Source: Pseudovirgaria hyperparasitica (Eukaryota). Taken from it: DNA of 64,000 nucleotides. Of the stretch, positions 37,836 through 50,975 are shown piece by piece. Where the stretch lies: assembly GCA_010093815.1 (NCBI GenBank), contig ML996571.1, one strand, 5' to 3'. Under the pieces are notes generated by a model. The model was not told where the DNA came from. It saw only the letters and a list, made by a program, of their open reading frames with translations, and searched no databases. The position numbers and the translations under genes are program-made. Each line of letters begins with the position of its first letter. Positions within the stretch are counted from its first letter, which is position 1.

Positions 37836-38948
37836 ATGGATGTATATACTACGGATCCATCAACGATGCTCACGGCTGCTGCAGCCCTGAAGCTGGTGAC
37901 GGCATTCTTCGAGAAGGAGTGGCCTCAGACGATCGAAGAGGAAATTGATTTGCGGAGGGTGACTGGAGGATTTTGCCATCGTTTACATCTTATAACTCGC
38001 AACAATGAAGCCCGACAAGAGCCGAAGTCGATACTGATTCGTCACTTTGGCTTGGAAGGCAATGAGAATGAACCTCTTGAGAGCTCTACCACCTTGTCGG
38101 CTGCGGAACAAACCGTCATTTATCACGAGATGGGCCGCAGAGGTTGGGGACCAAAGGTGTACGGCGTCTTTCGCGGTGGAAGACTAGAGGAGTACATCGA
38201 CGCACACGTTCTTACCGCCGCAGAATCGATGCAACTTGACATCAGGCATGACATAGCTCGCAGTTTCGCCCGGCTGCATTCTTTGGAACTTCCATTTCGT
38301 AAAGACTCCTTCACACGAGTTATCTGCGAGTTCAAAGGTGTAGCGAATAAGAAGGCAGAGGCAGTGCAGAAGCTTCTTGGACTGAGATCATCAAAAGCCA
38401 CTCAACTTGCTACATTCATCCGTAACATGGACTGGAGCAGAGAGCTTGACTGGCTATCAGAGCTCTTCGAAAGATACAAGTGCAAGCGGTCCATCGCAAT
38501 CATAGACGTAAACTTCTCGAACGTGTTGGTGAAGAATTACAAGAGCGAGAACCAGATTCTTCTAATTGACTACGAAACAGCAGCGTACAGCTATAGAGGA
38601 ATCGATATTGGCGGCCATTTCTCTGAACGAATGTACTGCTGGAGCCACCCCGACAACGTTTTATCTGGACATCCTGCGCCAAATCTAGAGGAACAGACCG
38701 CCTTTTGCGAGTCTTATATGCAAGAGATGCAGGTCTTGGGCCAGGAAACAACAAACGATACAGTTTCTCATCTGATTCTAGAATCAGAAATTGGTCGTAT
38801 GTACCAAATGGTGTTCTCATTTCTGATGTGTATAAGGTTCGAAGGGTTTGAGAGCAGCTCCCCACTCGTAGTTGGGCTTGTCAACATGGCTGAGATCTAC
38901 TGTCAGCTGAAACATGACTTTGCATCGCGCCATGAAACACCTTGTTGA
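37836..38948 (+). CDS. Choline/ethanolamine kinase-like protein, intronless (370 aa)
   Basis: GGFCHRL P-loop-like segment, GPKVYGVFRGGRLEEYI, Brenner-like IDVNFSNVL, and choline-kinase motif LIDYETAAYSYRGIDIGGHFSE. Confidence 0.87.
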   Translation: MDVYTTDPSTMLTAAAALKLVTAFFEKEWPQTIEEEIDLRRVTGGFCHRLHLITRNNEARQEPKSILIRHFGLEGNENEPLESSTTLSAAEQTVIYHEMGRRGWGPKVYGVFRGGRLEEYIDAHVLTAAESMQLDIRHDIARSFARLHSLELPFRKDSFTRVICEFKGVANKKAEAVQKLLGLRSSKATQLATFIRNMDWSRELDWLSELFERYKCKRSIAIIDVNFSNVLVKNYKSENQILLIDYETAAYSYRGIDIGGHFSERMYCWSHPDNVLSGHPAPNLEEQTAFCESYMQEMQVLGQETTNDTVSHLILESEIGRMYQMVFSFLMCIRFEGFESSSPLVVGLVNMAEIYCQLKHDFASRHETPC

Positions 38949-39728
38949 AGGCGAGGCGAGAACGGATATTGACGTCGTTATGTCCTTTGTCACACCGGCG
39001 AGTCAGACGGATCCAAGACTGGTTAAGGCTCTCGAAAGTAGGAAAGGCTTAGTCGAAAGCATACCACATCCCTTGATCCACTGATCACTTTAGATTAGGA
39101 AGCTCCTAGTCTGCTATAGACTATGATGTCGCTCCTTGGTTCGCTTTTTGAAACTGCGACACGTCCGAAAGCCTGAACGAGCCCCAGGATCAAGCATCGG
39201 AAGATGAATTATAACACAGCAATATGAGCCTCATCATTTCCGCAAGGGAGATGCCAGTGTTGCCTCCTGGCTGCCACGTTTTCTGCAGAATTGATATCCT
39301 AGATCATGTTCCGATTCACCGCTAATTCCGCCAATTCCGCCAGTGACGCTCGCAAGCATCAAGCATCAATCAACCTCGCCGCCGCCCCCTGCGGTCCGCT
39401 TCCTCACCTGTTTCATTGTGAAACATGAAGTAAATGATCCTCATATTGCAGAATCATCCTAGATTACAACCGATAGTTCCCTGAAACACATGTCGGAACG
39501 ACTAGGCTGGATTGTACCCCGGTCAACTGACCGCCCTACCGACTCATCAATATGCTACTCAGTGACTGAATATGTAATGTCAATCGAGTGTCACGAATTC
39601 AAGTAGATCACTTGTGATTAAAATCATTTATTTTGAACTTTGACGGTTTCCTAGGGAAGAGGCATACTTTTGTTATTGATTGAAAACGGTCATTGTCTTG
39701 GCAATGAACAGGGCGTAACACAACAGCC

Positions 39729-41153
39729 CTAAGTTCTGTATCTTCGACAGTCCTCACAAACTCTCACCGAGCAATGTCTGCATTCCAAGATATAGTTCCA
39801 GTGTCTGGTCTCGCAGAATTCACAGCGGAAAGATCGGCGCCCCCCGTTTCCGAAGATACGTTGGAACTTCCCTGGATGGACGCATTCATGATTCTCGAGC
39901 AGCCGTTCATGGACTTCTCTTACGCGTTGCTGCCGATGATGCACAGGAACATCGGGGTCGCGATCGACAACCTCCTCCGCACGCTCAAGCATGCGATTGA
40001 CGTCTGCATTGGTACAATGGCATTTCTTCCACTCCGTCCCGCAAACATAGCAGAACTCCGCTTTGCAACGACATCTGAAATAATATCAGTATACAACGCT
40101 GTGATATAGACTCGATTTAAAGTCCTTGACTCACGTCATGTGAAAACATCCCGTACGGAGATCTACGAGACGACCACACTTATAACAAGTCTGCCATCCC
40201 ATTGCGCGTGCCAGACTCTGCGTCTCCAACAGCTCCGTATCCTCTGGACACATTCCTTTCGCGTGTGTTTCATTTTTGCATATCACACAAGTCGATTGGC
40301 TACAACGCGCACAAATAGCTGTCTTCGTTGCCGCATCTACCGTATCAGGTCGGAGAAATACGGAACACTGTCGATTGCTACAGTAGACTCTGTTCATGGT
40401 CTCGAATTCGACACTTGCTGTTTCAAATGCATTTCTCTCCTCTGGGCTCATGCGCGCAAGGACATCGTCTCGGGGGATATCCTTTTTGCAGCACCGGGGC
40501 GGGAAACGAGTCTCATCCTTTGTAGCCATTAGGAAAAGTGTCTTCGCGCATGACACACAATACCGGTGGCCGCAGCCAGATCCGATGATTGATGTAGCAT
40601 GTACCCTGCGGCTACACACTCCACAGACGTAGGTTTTCTTGAGCCGCTCGAGGGCATCTGCCTGTTTCTCGCGGAACGATATGGAGGGTCCCGCATTGAC
40701 TGCATCGTCGTCACTGTCCTCGTAGATTACAGAGGCGGCAGCTACTGACTCGGCAACCGTTGAAATATACTCCTCTAGGCCAGGTGAGGCAACTTCGGTC
40801 TCAGTCGCTTTTTCCAGCTGCGGGTCACGTTCGCAGAGGTTCAACGCGGCGCGTCGGTCCTCAAGCAACTGGATATCTCGCGAGGTGAGAGTAGAGATCA
40901 TGGTCCCATCAGTGTGGACGGCGGCACCGATGCTATGCGCCATCTTCTGATCTTCGAGAAATACTTTGTAGTCCACCAGGTCGGTCTGAAAGCTTTGAAA
41001 TGCTACTTCAAGATCAGGTGGGCTGCCAATAGGATGTTTGCCCTTGCTCTGCTGAACGAACAAGCCAAGCTCTTCCATCTGCATTGACAAGGCGATCATT
41101 TCATGATCGATGTCGACTGGGTGGTTAGCTCGATGGACGGCGGTGTCGGCCAT
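39729..41153 (-). CDS. RBR (RING-IBR-RING) E3 ubiquitin ligase; intron 40134-40075
   Basis: RING1 (CGVC...CGHRYCVSC...FPPRCC), IBR (YCSNRQC...CARC...TCVICKNETH...C) and, after splicing, RING2 (TCYKC...GCFHMTCRCKAEFCYVCG). The C-terminus carries an extra Cys/His finger. Confidence 0.9.
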
Positions 41154-42073
41154 GACGAGGATAATTTGTAGGAATATCGGCTCTCGCTATTCGTACGACG
41201 GAGAAAAGAAAGAGGAGTAGCAATTGTCGCGAGGATGTGACGTGCAATTCAGTACGTTGAAGTCACGGCTAAGAACGACACGACGGAGCTCCAAAGGAGA
41301 CGGGCAGAGGGCCGTATAAGTATGAGGTCTTCATCCAGCAGGTATTTAGGCTTATTACATTGGATGTAACACGCAAACATGCATCTATACGGAAAGAGGT
41401 GGAAATAGTAACAGGGTTTGCTGCCGTGATGATAATGCTGACGTCGTATCTACCTGAGGATCGAGGTGCGAAAGAGATATGGGCACTGACTGTACCTCAG
41501 GACACAATAGACAAGGGCCCTTTCATGGTTTTCCCAAGCCTATGTCGTCATTGTGATCTATGGACTTGACGGTATAAAGTAGATATGCGGTGTCACGCTG
41601 TATTTACATCCTTGACGCTCGGGATGCTGGGACATGTTGTGTGCTCCCTGTTCTGCGGCTTGCCATCCGTTGTTTGGCAATCTACAATGGGCACTCGTAT
41701 GACGTACTCAACCCGCGCAGGACAATGTAGTCTTACTCCATGTCTAAGGATACGCTGAGCAAAAAGTTGGCGAGGGCCAGACCACATCAATTCATTTTGG
41801 GCAGCGCAATTGGAAGACATCAACCACAGTAGTTCGCGCACAGACCATATCGCGGTGCTGGCCAGGCCCCTGAATCTGATCGGAAGCCCCGCGCTTAGGT
41901 TTGGAATGCCCCGCCAAACTTCAGGAGCTGAAAACAGTTTCCATTTCTCAAGCTTCACTCCTCTCTCTCCCTGAACCCTTCTCATATTACCTATATTTCT
42001 TTCTACACCTAAGACTATATCTTGTTCTTGACGTTCTACAATAGAATCTTGCGCCCAAGCGCATACTACTGCC

Positions 42074-45000
42074 ATGCCTACACTACGCGTTGAGCCCTCG
42101 CTGCTCTTAGCTGCGCTGGTGCTGCTCGTGTTCTGGGCGCGGCCCGCCCATGCCTTTGGTGCTGGGAATATCGCCTCTATGGCCAAGATTGAGGGACAGA
42201 ACTGGCGTCATGGAGATATCGAAGACACTCTCCTGACCCTACTCATGAGTCGCGCCACGAACAAGAAGTTCAGCAAGATGGACGTCAAAAGAGTCTACTT
42301 CGGGAACTGGCTAAGAGATTACTCACAGGCTGTCGATGTACGACCATTGTATCACATGCCCAGTGGGACCGATTGCTGATTGGACACAGGTTGGCACGCT
42401 CAAGATGGTCAGCGGCGAAGCTATTCGTATCCTGCTCTGGATTCTGGGCTTCATGAGCTTCGGCTATGGAACGAAGGAGTTCGAAGTCACCACGGAAAGA
42501 CTTGGCTGCTACAGGTGTGATTCTAATGAGACCTCTCTATACCCAAACTGACATAATTTCAAAAGACCAGAGGAACACATCGATAACCCCAAAGACTACG
42601 CCGACAACATTGATGCCCGACAATATGATCGAAGACTTCGTGGACCTGTCGATGAGAGACGTGAGCTCAGCATTGACGAGCGCACTGGTCTGAAAAATTA
42701 CATTGCGTCTGAGGATATTGGCATTACAACTTCTGCTGGTATGGTCCGTGACCTTTTCAGACGGTGTGTCGACCTTGGCCGCCGGTACAACCGTAGCAAG
42801 AATAAGGCCGAATTCTACGAGGCTCTACGCTTGTTGGGAACTGGGCTCCATTGTTTGGAGGGTGAGCATAGCGAGCTTGAATTTCATGGGGTCAGTAATT
42901 GACCAACTATCAGATTACTCGGCCCATTCAAATTACACCGAATTGGCTCTAATTGAGCTGGGTGAGCGCGACATCTTCCCTCACGTCGGTCGCCGGACAC
43001 AGGTGCAGATTCGTGGCGCACGCAATCAGGTCTATCCAATTGTGACCGGGACATTCGGTGGCGTTGACTTCCTTCACTCCGTCATGGGTGAGCTTTCGGA
43101 CAAGGCCACTCAGTCGGAGATTCAGGAGCTTGAGGGGACCATTGCGCAATCACAGAATCAGCAAGCCAACAACAGTCTCTTGAAAGATCTGCTTGACAAG
43201 CTCCCGGGAGGCATCTTTGGTGGAAGCGACGAGAAGGGCAAGGCCGATGAACTCCAGGCCAATGCCCAGGCAGCCCAGATGCAAAACATGAACATCTCTC
43301 CTCGTCAGCCAGAAGCGTGGGCGAACCAAATGCAAGAGATGCAACGCCAAATATACCCAATCATTGAATATCACGACGAGGTTATGCAGGGCATCAGTGA
43401 GACCATTGACAAGATTCCTGTTCTCCCGGAACTGGTTGAACAGATCCAGGAGCAAGTCAATGTCTTTGTCTTTTCACTCCTTGCCCCATTCGTGCTTCCA
43501 GTCATCCGCCAAGTCAAGAATGAGCTCGCCACTGGGTCATCGGAGATCATCCAGAGCTCCCGGGAAAAGCAGCTGATCGTCTTCCGTGATGACAATTGCA
43601 CCGATCCAACGCATTCCATGCTATCAAAAGACCACTTTAGTAATGTCTTGAACGAACCTGCTGGCAAGATTGCGTCACAAGTCCTTAAATGGGCAGTTCC
43701 TCAGCTCGTGGAATGCTGGGACGATGAGGGAATCGATGCTGACCGCACCATCCACCGCATCATTAACGGTGTATTCCACCATCCTGCTATGCGTGACTAC
43801 GGCGACGACGGTGCCAGGGATGGTCGCCAGCTCATGTTTGGCGTTGTCCAGAAATGGTGGGGTGAGATGAGCCGACGCGAACAGGACGATCTCCGCGATA
43901 AACTTAGCCGTAGTGGTGTCGAGAATGGCCGCAACCACAAAGAAGGTGTCCATGACAAGGGTCACGGATGCGGAAAGCCTCTTGGTATGCCTAACGTCGG
44001 GACTGCCAACAGCTCTGGAGCTATTGGAGGCGTTCTTGGTGCTCTTGCAGGCGCTGGTGGTTCCTCATCGTCGGGTGGTAAAGGCGGAGACAAATATACC
44101 AAACAAGTTGGCAACCTTGCATCCGAGGCTGTCGGCGGTGGTGCGCTTGGCGGACTCGTTGGGGGTCTTGTCAGTGGTGTAGGAGCCGACCTTCTTGGTG
44201 GCGCGTTCGGAGAGCAGGAGAAGAAGAAGTCCAAAAAAGAGAAATACAACGATGATGGATCTTACACGGAGACATATCAAGAAAAAGGACATAAGAAATC
44301 TGGATCCCGCGGCCGTGAAGAAGAGCGATTTGGTCAAGCCCAGTACAGCCAAACGACCTATCCTGGTGGCGGACGTCGCGAAGAGTTCTCTCGCTTCGAA
44401 CAGGATGGTCGAGGTGGCGAGCCGTACGGAGTACAGCAACGCGTCGAGACCACCGGTCATGGACGGGCCGGCTATGAACAGACTGAACAGACACGTTATG
44501 ATCGACCGGGAGGCCAATGGGAGTCGCGCGAGTCACGTGAAGGCTATGACAGCCGTGGCGACTATTACCAGACTGAGACCAAGTAAGTGCACCCCAGATC
44601 GGTGTGTTACCTATTGCTAACAGCAGAAGATCCTCCGGCAAGAAGTCGAAGAAGCAGGACTCTGAGGATGAAGATTCCGAAGACAACGGTGAGGACGACT
44701 GGAAGAAGCGTGAGAAGAAAGAGCGTAAGAAGCGTGAAAAAGAAGAGAAGAAGCGCCGCGAGCAAGGATATGGCGGTGGCCGCGACAATGATTCCGATGA
44801 GGAGAAGAAGTACAAGAAGAAGAGCAGTGGCGAGCACAAACGCCGCTCTGGCGAAGGTGGCCACCAGCAGTCTTACGGCCAAGAGCGGAGCTATGGCCAA
44901 GAACAGTCATACGGTCGTCAAGAACAGTCTTATGGCCGTCAAGAGCAGTCATCATACGGTGGTGGTCGTGAGCAGGAATCTTCCTATGGAGGAGGTGGTG

Positions 45001-45314
45001 GCTATGGTCGCCAGGAGCAGTCTTACGGCGGCGGAGACTCAGGCGGATACTCGCGACCTGCTGAAGGATACGGCGGAGACTCAGGGGGATACGACGGCCG
45101 TCAGCAAGGCTATGGAGGAGATTCAGGTGGTCGCCAGCAAGGCTACGGGGGAGATTCAGGTGGCCGCCAGGAGAGCTACGGTGGTGACTCGGGCTACGAA
45201 CGCCGTGAAGAAGGCGGTTACGGTGGTGACAGTGGCGGCTATGGCGGTGACTCAGGGGGATATGGCGAGCGTCGTGGCGGATATGGATCTCGTGGATATG
45301 GCGGGTCGGACTAA
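42074..45314 (+). CDS. het-c: Het-C/TinC-family protein with signal peptide and Gly-rich C-terminus; exons 42074-42337, 42390-42514, 42566-42861, 42914-44582, about 44624-45314
   Basis: AFGAGNIAS...[67 protein letters not shown] and [14 protein letters not shown]. Four frame-preserving introns. Confidence 0.92.
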
Positions 45315-45862
45315 ACCAATACCCCTGGAGGGTTAGTGCTTGGTAGCAATTCAGTTGAGATCACGGTGGGCGAGCGCAGTATTAGAAGATGAAAATACCC
45401 ATGTAGTTGTATAAGCGCAAGCTGAATGCGAAAGGTCCGATAGTCTGAGTTTGGCCGTTATCTAAAACGTATTATTATATATGAAGCCCTTTTTGTTCGC
45501 CTAAGCAACAGGCAACCGTTAGCATTGTCTCATGTCTTAAATGCTTTCTCGCACATATTACAGCTCTTAACAACTATCACCACTTCTCCCTCATGTGCAC
45601 CTGTAGTGATAGTACCGCTGATAAAGGATTGCATTGCTAAGGTTCCTTGGTGTTTTGAACGTCGCGTCATTGAGATTGACCGCGATTTCTTGGCGGTGTC
45701 ATGAGAAGTCGTTGATTGGTCTGTCGGATGCGCTTGTCCTTACAGCACCAAAAAAATCGGCAGCTCAACAACGACTTCTGCGCTTCATCACCACGTTATA
45801 AAGCACCGCCTTCACAATGAACAATCACAAGGACAACCACATACATCTACCTGCCCCCCAGC

Positions 45863-47108
45863 ATGGACACAGTCGAACGAGCGGCCATCCGGCAAGATGA
45901 GCAGAAACACATACCCGCAGACTCGAACGATGATCTCGACGTCGAGAAAGCTACCAAACTACGTATGCTTCAATATCATCATCCTCACCACCCTTCAAGC
46001 ACCATACTAATCCTTCTCTCCAGCACATAACCCACCATGCGCAAACACCCCCTCCGCAGCCGACCTCCCCCCTCTCCGCGGCCTCTCCTTCCTCGACCGC
46101 TTCCTCGTCCTCTGGATCATCCTCGCCCTCGCAATCGGCATCATCCTCGGCAACCTCGTCCCCAGCACCGGACCCGCCCTCCAACGCGGCCAGTTCGTCG
46201 GCGTCAGCATCCCCATCGCCATCGGCCTCCTCGTCATGATGTACCCAATCCTCTGCAAAGTCCGCTTCGAATCCCTCCACCTCCTGCTCCGCACCCGCAC
46301 CCTCTGGCTCCATCTCGCCCTCTCATTCCTCCTAAACTGGATCATCGCCCCCTTGTTCATGGTCGCTCTGGCATGGGCCTTCCTGCCCGACCGCCAGGAC
46401 CTGCGCGAGGGCCTCATCTACGTCGGCATCGCGCGCTGCATCGCCATGGTGCTCATCTGGACCGACCTCGCCGGCGGCGACGCAGACTACTGCGCCGTCC
46501 TCGTCGCCGCAAACAGCATCCTCCAGATCGTCCTCTTCGCCCCCTTTGCCGTCTTCTACATCCGCGTCGTCTCCCACTCGCGCTCCGCCGTCACAGTCAG
46601 CTACGACCGCGTCGCTACCAGCGTCGCCGTCTTCCTCGGCATCCCCCTTGCCGCCGCCGTCCTCACCCGTTTCGTCCTCCTCCGTATTCTCGGCAGCGAG
46701 GCCGCGTACCAGCGCCGCTTCATCCGCTATATTGCGCCCTTTAGCTTGCTCGGCTTGCTATACACCATTGCCGTGCTCTTCGCGTCGCAGGGCGCGCATG
46801 TCGTCGGGCAAATCACGTCCGTGCTGCGCGTCTGTGCGCCCTTGGTCGTCTATTTCCTCGTTATTTTCGGTGTGACGGTGGGGCTGTGCTGGAAGCTCGG
46901 GTTTGGGTATCGCGTGAGTTGTACGCAGAGCTTTACGGCGGCGAGTAATAATTTTGAACTTGCCATTGCCGTTGTGGTTGCGGTATATGGGGCGGGGAGT
47001 GGGCAGGCGTTGGCTGCGACGGTGGGGCCGTTGATCGAGGTTCCGGTGCTGGTTGCGCTGGTTTATGTGGTGAGGTGGGTGAGGGGGAGGGTCGGGTGGA
47101 AGGATTAG
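45863..47108 (+). CDS. ACR3: Acr3-family arsenite efflux transporter; intron 45963-46023
   Basis: LSFLDRFL, IAIGLLVMMYPILCKVRFE, GIARCIAMVLIW, FTAASNNFELAIAV and VGPLIEVPVL. TATAAA at 45797. Confidence 0.95.
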
Positions 47109-47588
47109 GATGGCGTGGTTTGGGCTTTTGGGATTGTAGCTTTGTTGTCGTTGTGGTTTCAATGGAATGCATGCTAGAATCGTCTATCATGGTCTAGGAC
47201 TTCTGTCAGGCTGATGTTCGCAGGGGATTTGTGTATTCACTACTATCAGCCCCTGCCTGAAACGAAAAGCAGCGCGTGACTCTCGACTAGGACACATAGA
47301 TGGATAGATAAGTTTGCGTATATTGAACTAGATGTTTTCTGTCGATCAAGGCCGTTATCAGATTCATTTCCAGCGCTGTACCGCTCAATCCCTCTCTTGA
47401 CACATTAGAAACACTGTCTCGCAGTGGGAATACAAAGGTTATTACAGGTAAGGAAAGTACGGTGCGGCACGCTCGCTATACGGTGCAAATCATTCATACA
47501 TCCTCTCCATCCAGCCGTCCAGCCATCCATCGCCGACAGGTGCATCCACCCCCTTTCTCTACGGTGCCCTCTCCGCCTTCGATCACAT

Positions 47589-49059
47589 TTACAACCAGCC
47601 GAAGTACTTCCACAACAGGTTCATCCCACTCAACAAGCCCGTCACGCTCGTAAACGCAATCATGGGCCCGAAGACGCCCGCATACCCGATCCCACTGTGT
47701 CCATGCGCCGCTGCGCCATGCACAAGCCAATCACTCAACGGGCCCGAAACCATATTCCCAATGCCCCGACCTAGTACCAGGAGCGAATACACTGCGAGGG
47801 GATCCGTATAGCCGTGTCCGGCGCGCTCGGCCCGGCGCGCAACCTCGCTCATAACTTCGGGCCAGATAGACGGCCAACCGCCGGCAAAGAGTCCATACGC
47901 AACACAGAAGGTGTATAGCGCAGGGAGCGAGCTGGAAAAGCCCCAGAGCAGGGCTGTGGAGAGGGTGGCACCGAGCGCGGAGACAGCACCGCAGGTGGTC
48001 GGGTGCCAGTGGTCGGCGAGTGCACCCATGGCGACGCAACCGATGGTGGTGGCGCAGTTGAGCACGATGAGGGCGAGGACAGATTGGGTGTCCGAGGCAT
48101 TGAGGGCGACGCGGGCGTAGAGGGGCAGGTAGATGGCCGGGAGGAAGTAGCCGGCGGCCTGTATGAGGTTTGCGAGCTGGTACAGGGCGAAGACGCGGGA
48201 GCCTAGACAGCGCATGCTGAGCAAGCCGGTATGTTCGTCTGAAGTGTCGATCTGGCGCGGCTTGATGTAGTATGCTAGGGGTACTGTTGCGATGCATGTT
48301 ACGCCGGCCCAGATTTGCATTGTGCTTGCGAAGCCGAGCTCGCGGAGCATGCGTTCGAGGAGGGGTGGGAAGACGACGCCACCGAAGCCGCCGGCGCTGA
48401 ACATGATGCCCATGGCTAGGGATTTGCGCTTGATGAACCATTGGTCGATGTAGATGATGCAGGGGCAGAAGGCGAAGCAGCCTGCCAGGCCGAACGGCAC
48501 ACCGAGCACGGCGATGAGCTGGGGGACTGTGACACACATCGAGCTTGCGGCGAGGGAGAGGGAGGCGACTAGAAGGCCGGCTAAAGTGAACCATCGAGCA
48601 GCGTGGGGAAGGCGGCGGCATAAAGCAATGACGAGGGGTGTTCCCATGTACAGGATGCCCTGAGAAGCGTGAGTCAACAACAGTCAGGCTTGTCAGTTGG
48701 ATGTACTCACTGTAGTTGTCGTCCCTATAGCAGCGATGTTATTGGCGCCAGCAAACGGTGGGTGACTGCTGTAGTAGTCCTGGAAGACCCCAAACGACAG
48801 CCCGAAGCCTGGAAGATGTGTACTCAGTGGGTGTACCAAGGAATATTGCACGATTGTACTCACCGAAGACGAACGCCTCAACTACCCAGCATGCTGCCAG
48901 GAACAGCCAGGCCTCTCTGCTACTATCGGCCTTTGCAGGCGAGGCACCAGGCGTATAGACTTGCTGCCCGGCATCTGGAGCAGCCTCCTCTTGTGGCGTG
49001 GTGACGTCCTTGGGTAGAAGCGGGTCACGCTCTCCGGGCTGCCGTGACGCTGGAGACAT
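47589..49059 (-). CDS. MFS transporter of the monocarboxylate porter (MCT-like) family; exons 49059-48864, 48808-48711, 48659-47589
   Basis: AWLFLAAC...GFGLSFGVFQDYY, IYIDQWFIKRKSLAMGIMFSAGGFGGVVFP and many hydrophobic helices. Two canonical introns. Confidence 0.9.
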
Positions 49060-50975
49060 ATTGAGAGACGGCGAAGGAGTTGGCGAGGAGAGGATGAGAG
49101 GCGTGAGATGAGGAGTGAGGAGGGGGGAGGGCAGAGAGATCAACTTGAGGGACGAGAAGAGGAGAAGAGTGAAAAGAACTTCAATTCGTGGTTGTCATAC
49201 TACGTAGTCCGTGCTCCAAGGTCCGATCCGGGAAGAGCCCACACTATCTGTACTACCATTACAGCCACTCCCATTGCGCCGACACGACATAACAAAAGAA
49301 AAATGATTAGTCAATACACACCCATCTAGCCAGCCATCAGCAAGACATTGTGACGTAGTCCGTGCTATACATCTCCTATTCCCGATCCAGTAATCCCTGC
49401 ACAAACAATATGCATGGTCAGATCAAAATCCGATCTCTAATCCCAGCAACGAATCAGAATTTGCTCTCTCCCCTGCCCTCCCAGCACTGTGGGTCCATCT
49501 CCCAGCCTGACGGGCTCCAAATCCTGGTCCTGGTCGCGGATCCATCCATTCATCCGAATCGATGTATAATATATATATATAAAATGTTTGATATTCAATG
49601 TCAATCATCCACTAAATAAACGTCTTATCTCTTTCTGCTCTTCAGCACCACTAGCAAACCAGGTTTTTCCCTGCGATAAGTAACATACCAGCGAGTCCAG
49701 CTAACGACGACTTTGGCTAGCTAGCATAACACACATAGCATAGCATAATATAATATGACAAACATAGCCTTATTCCTATGATCAAAACACAACATCTTTC
49801 GCATCTATAGTTTCGCAGGAGCTTACCACTTACGTACTCTCTGTCTACTTTCCAGTCTCTTCCCAGTATCGCTCCTCTCTATATCGCGTCTCATATACCT
49901 GAAACCTTCATCTCACAGAGGCAACCTCACGATCGTGTTTTGCACTGTCCCATCATGTCCAGACAATCCCCCCGTTAAAAGACTAATCTCTTTCTACCAC
50001 TTTCTGCAACCGCCCTGCACAAATTCTCGGCTTACTTCGAGTGAGTCCAAGCTGGATGTAAGACGCGGACTCCGGAGAGCAAGACTGACTCAATCAATCG
50101 ATAAAACACAGGCCGCCAGCACATTAAAATATAAGCCATACAAAACCCTACACTTTACACACAGCACAGCACAACACATAACACAGCACATCACACACAA
50201 CACACATCAAACGCATTCCGCAATATAAAAGGATCACACTGTTCTATTCTTCTTCTCAAACAAGACTTTCACTACTCCTTCTATTCCATTCCGCCCCAAC
50301 ACGCAATTTTTTTTTAATCGCTTTACCCTACTATCCTTCCTTTTCCACCTCAGGACTCTTGAGTTGTCGGGTATTTAATGCCAACAAGAAAGAATCGCAA
50401 AGCAAAGCAACACCCCCATAACAAAAAGCAGAATGATAGAAAACCCCAGGTGCATGCTTCCCGGCCCCCCAAAAATAACCGCGCGGAAAATGCTGCATGA
50501 ACGAGAGATGGCGCAATGCAGAATAGCAAGATGTGAATATGATACTGTGATATGTGGTATGCATGATATGCACGAAGCTGCCGCTGCGTGTGCGACCTGT
50601 ATAAAATGTGGACAAAAGGCAAAAAAAACATTAAACTTTGGAGGGAACAAAACGCCGTCGCTAAATGCCTGCTACCTTTCTTTCTTTTTCGGTTCTCTGT
50701 CTTGCGCCACGGCTTTTGGGGATGTGTGTGTGAATGTGTATATATGTGTGCGTTGATGATGGACAAGAGACATGCCCGGAAGCGAGTGACTGGAGAATAT
50801 ACATGAGAGGAGCGCGGATATGACTCGTGGTGGTAGTGGTACCCGGTATAATGAGGGAGGTATGACGTGGGTATTACTAGTGACTTTTGTTTGATAAAGG
50901 ATGAGAGGGCTCGTGATGCGTCCGTGCGCGTATCATGTGTATGTATGTAGGTGCGTAAATGAGTGGATGTACCGT

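Noticed and set aside
46007..48621. Long overlapping and antisense ORFs in ACR3 and the MFS gene (similar ones in Nam8, het-c and gtb3)
   Set aside because: Shadow ORFs caused by GC-rich third codon positions; translations are Arg/Pro-rich with no motifs.
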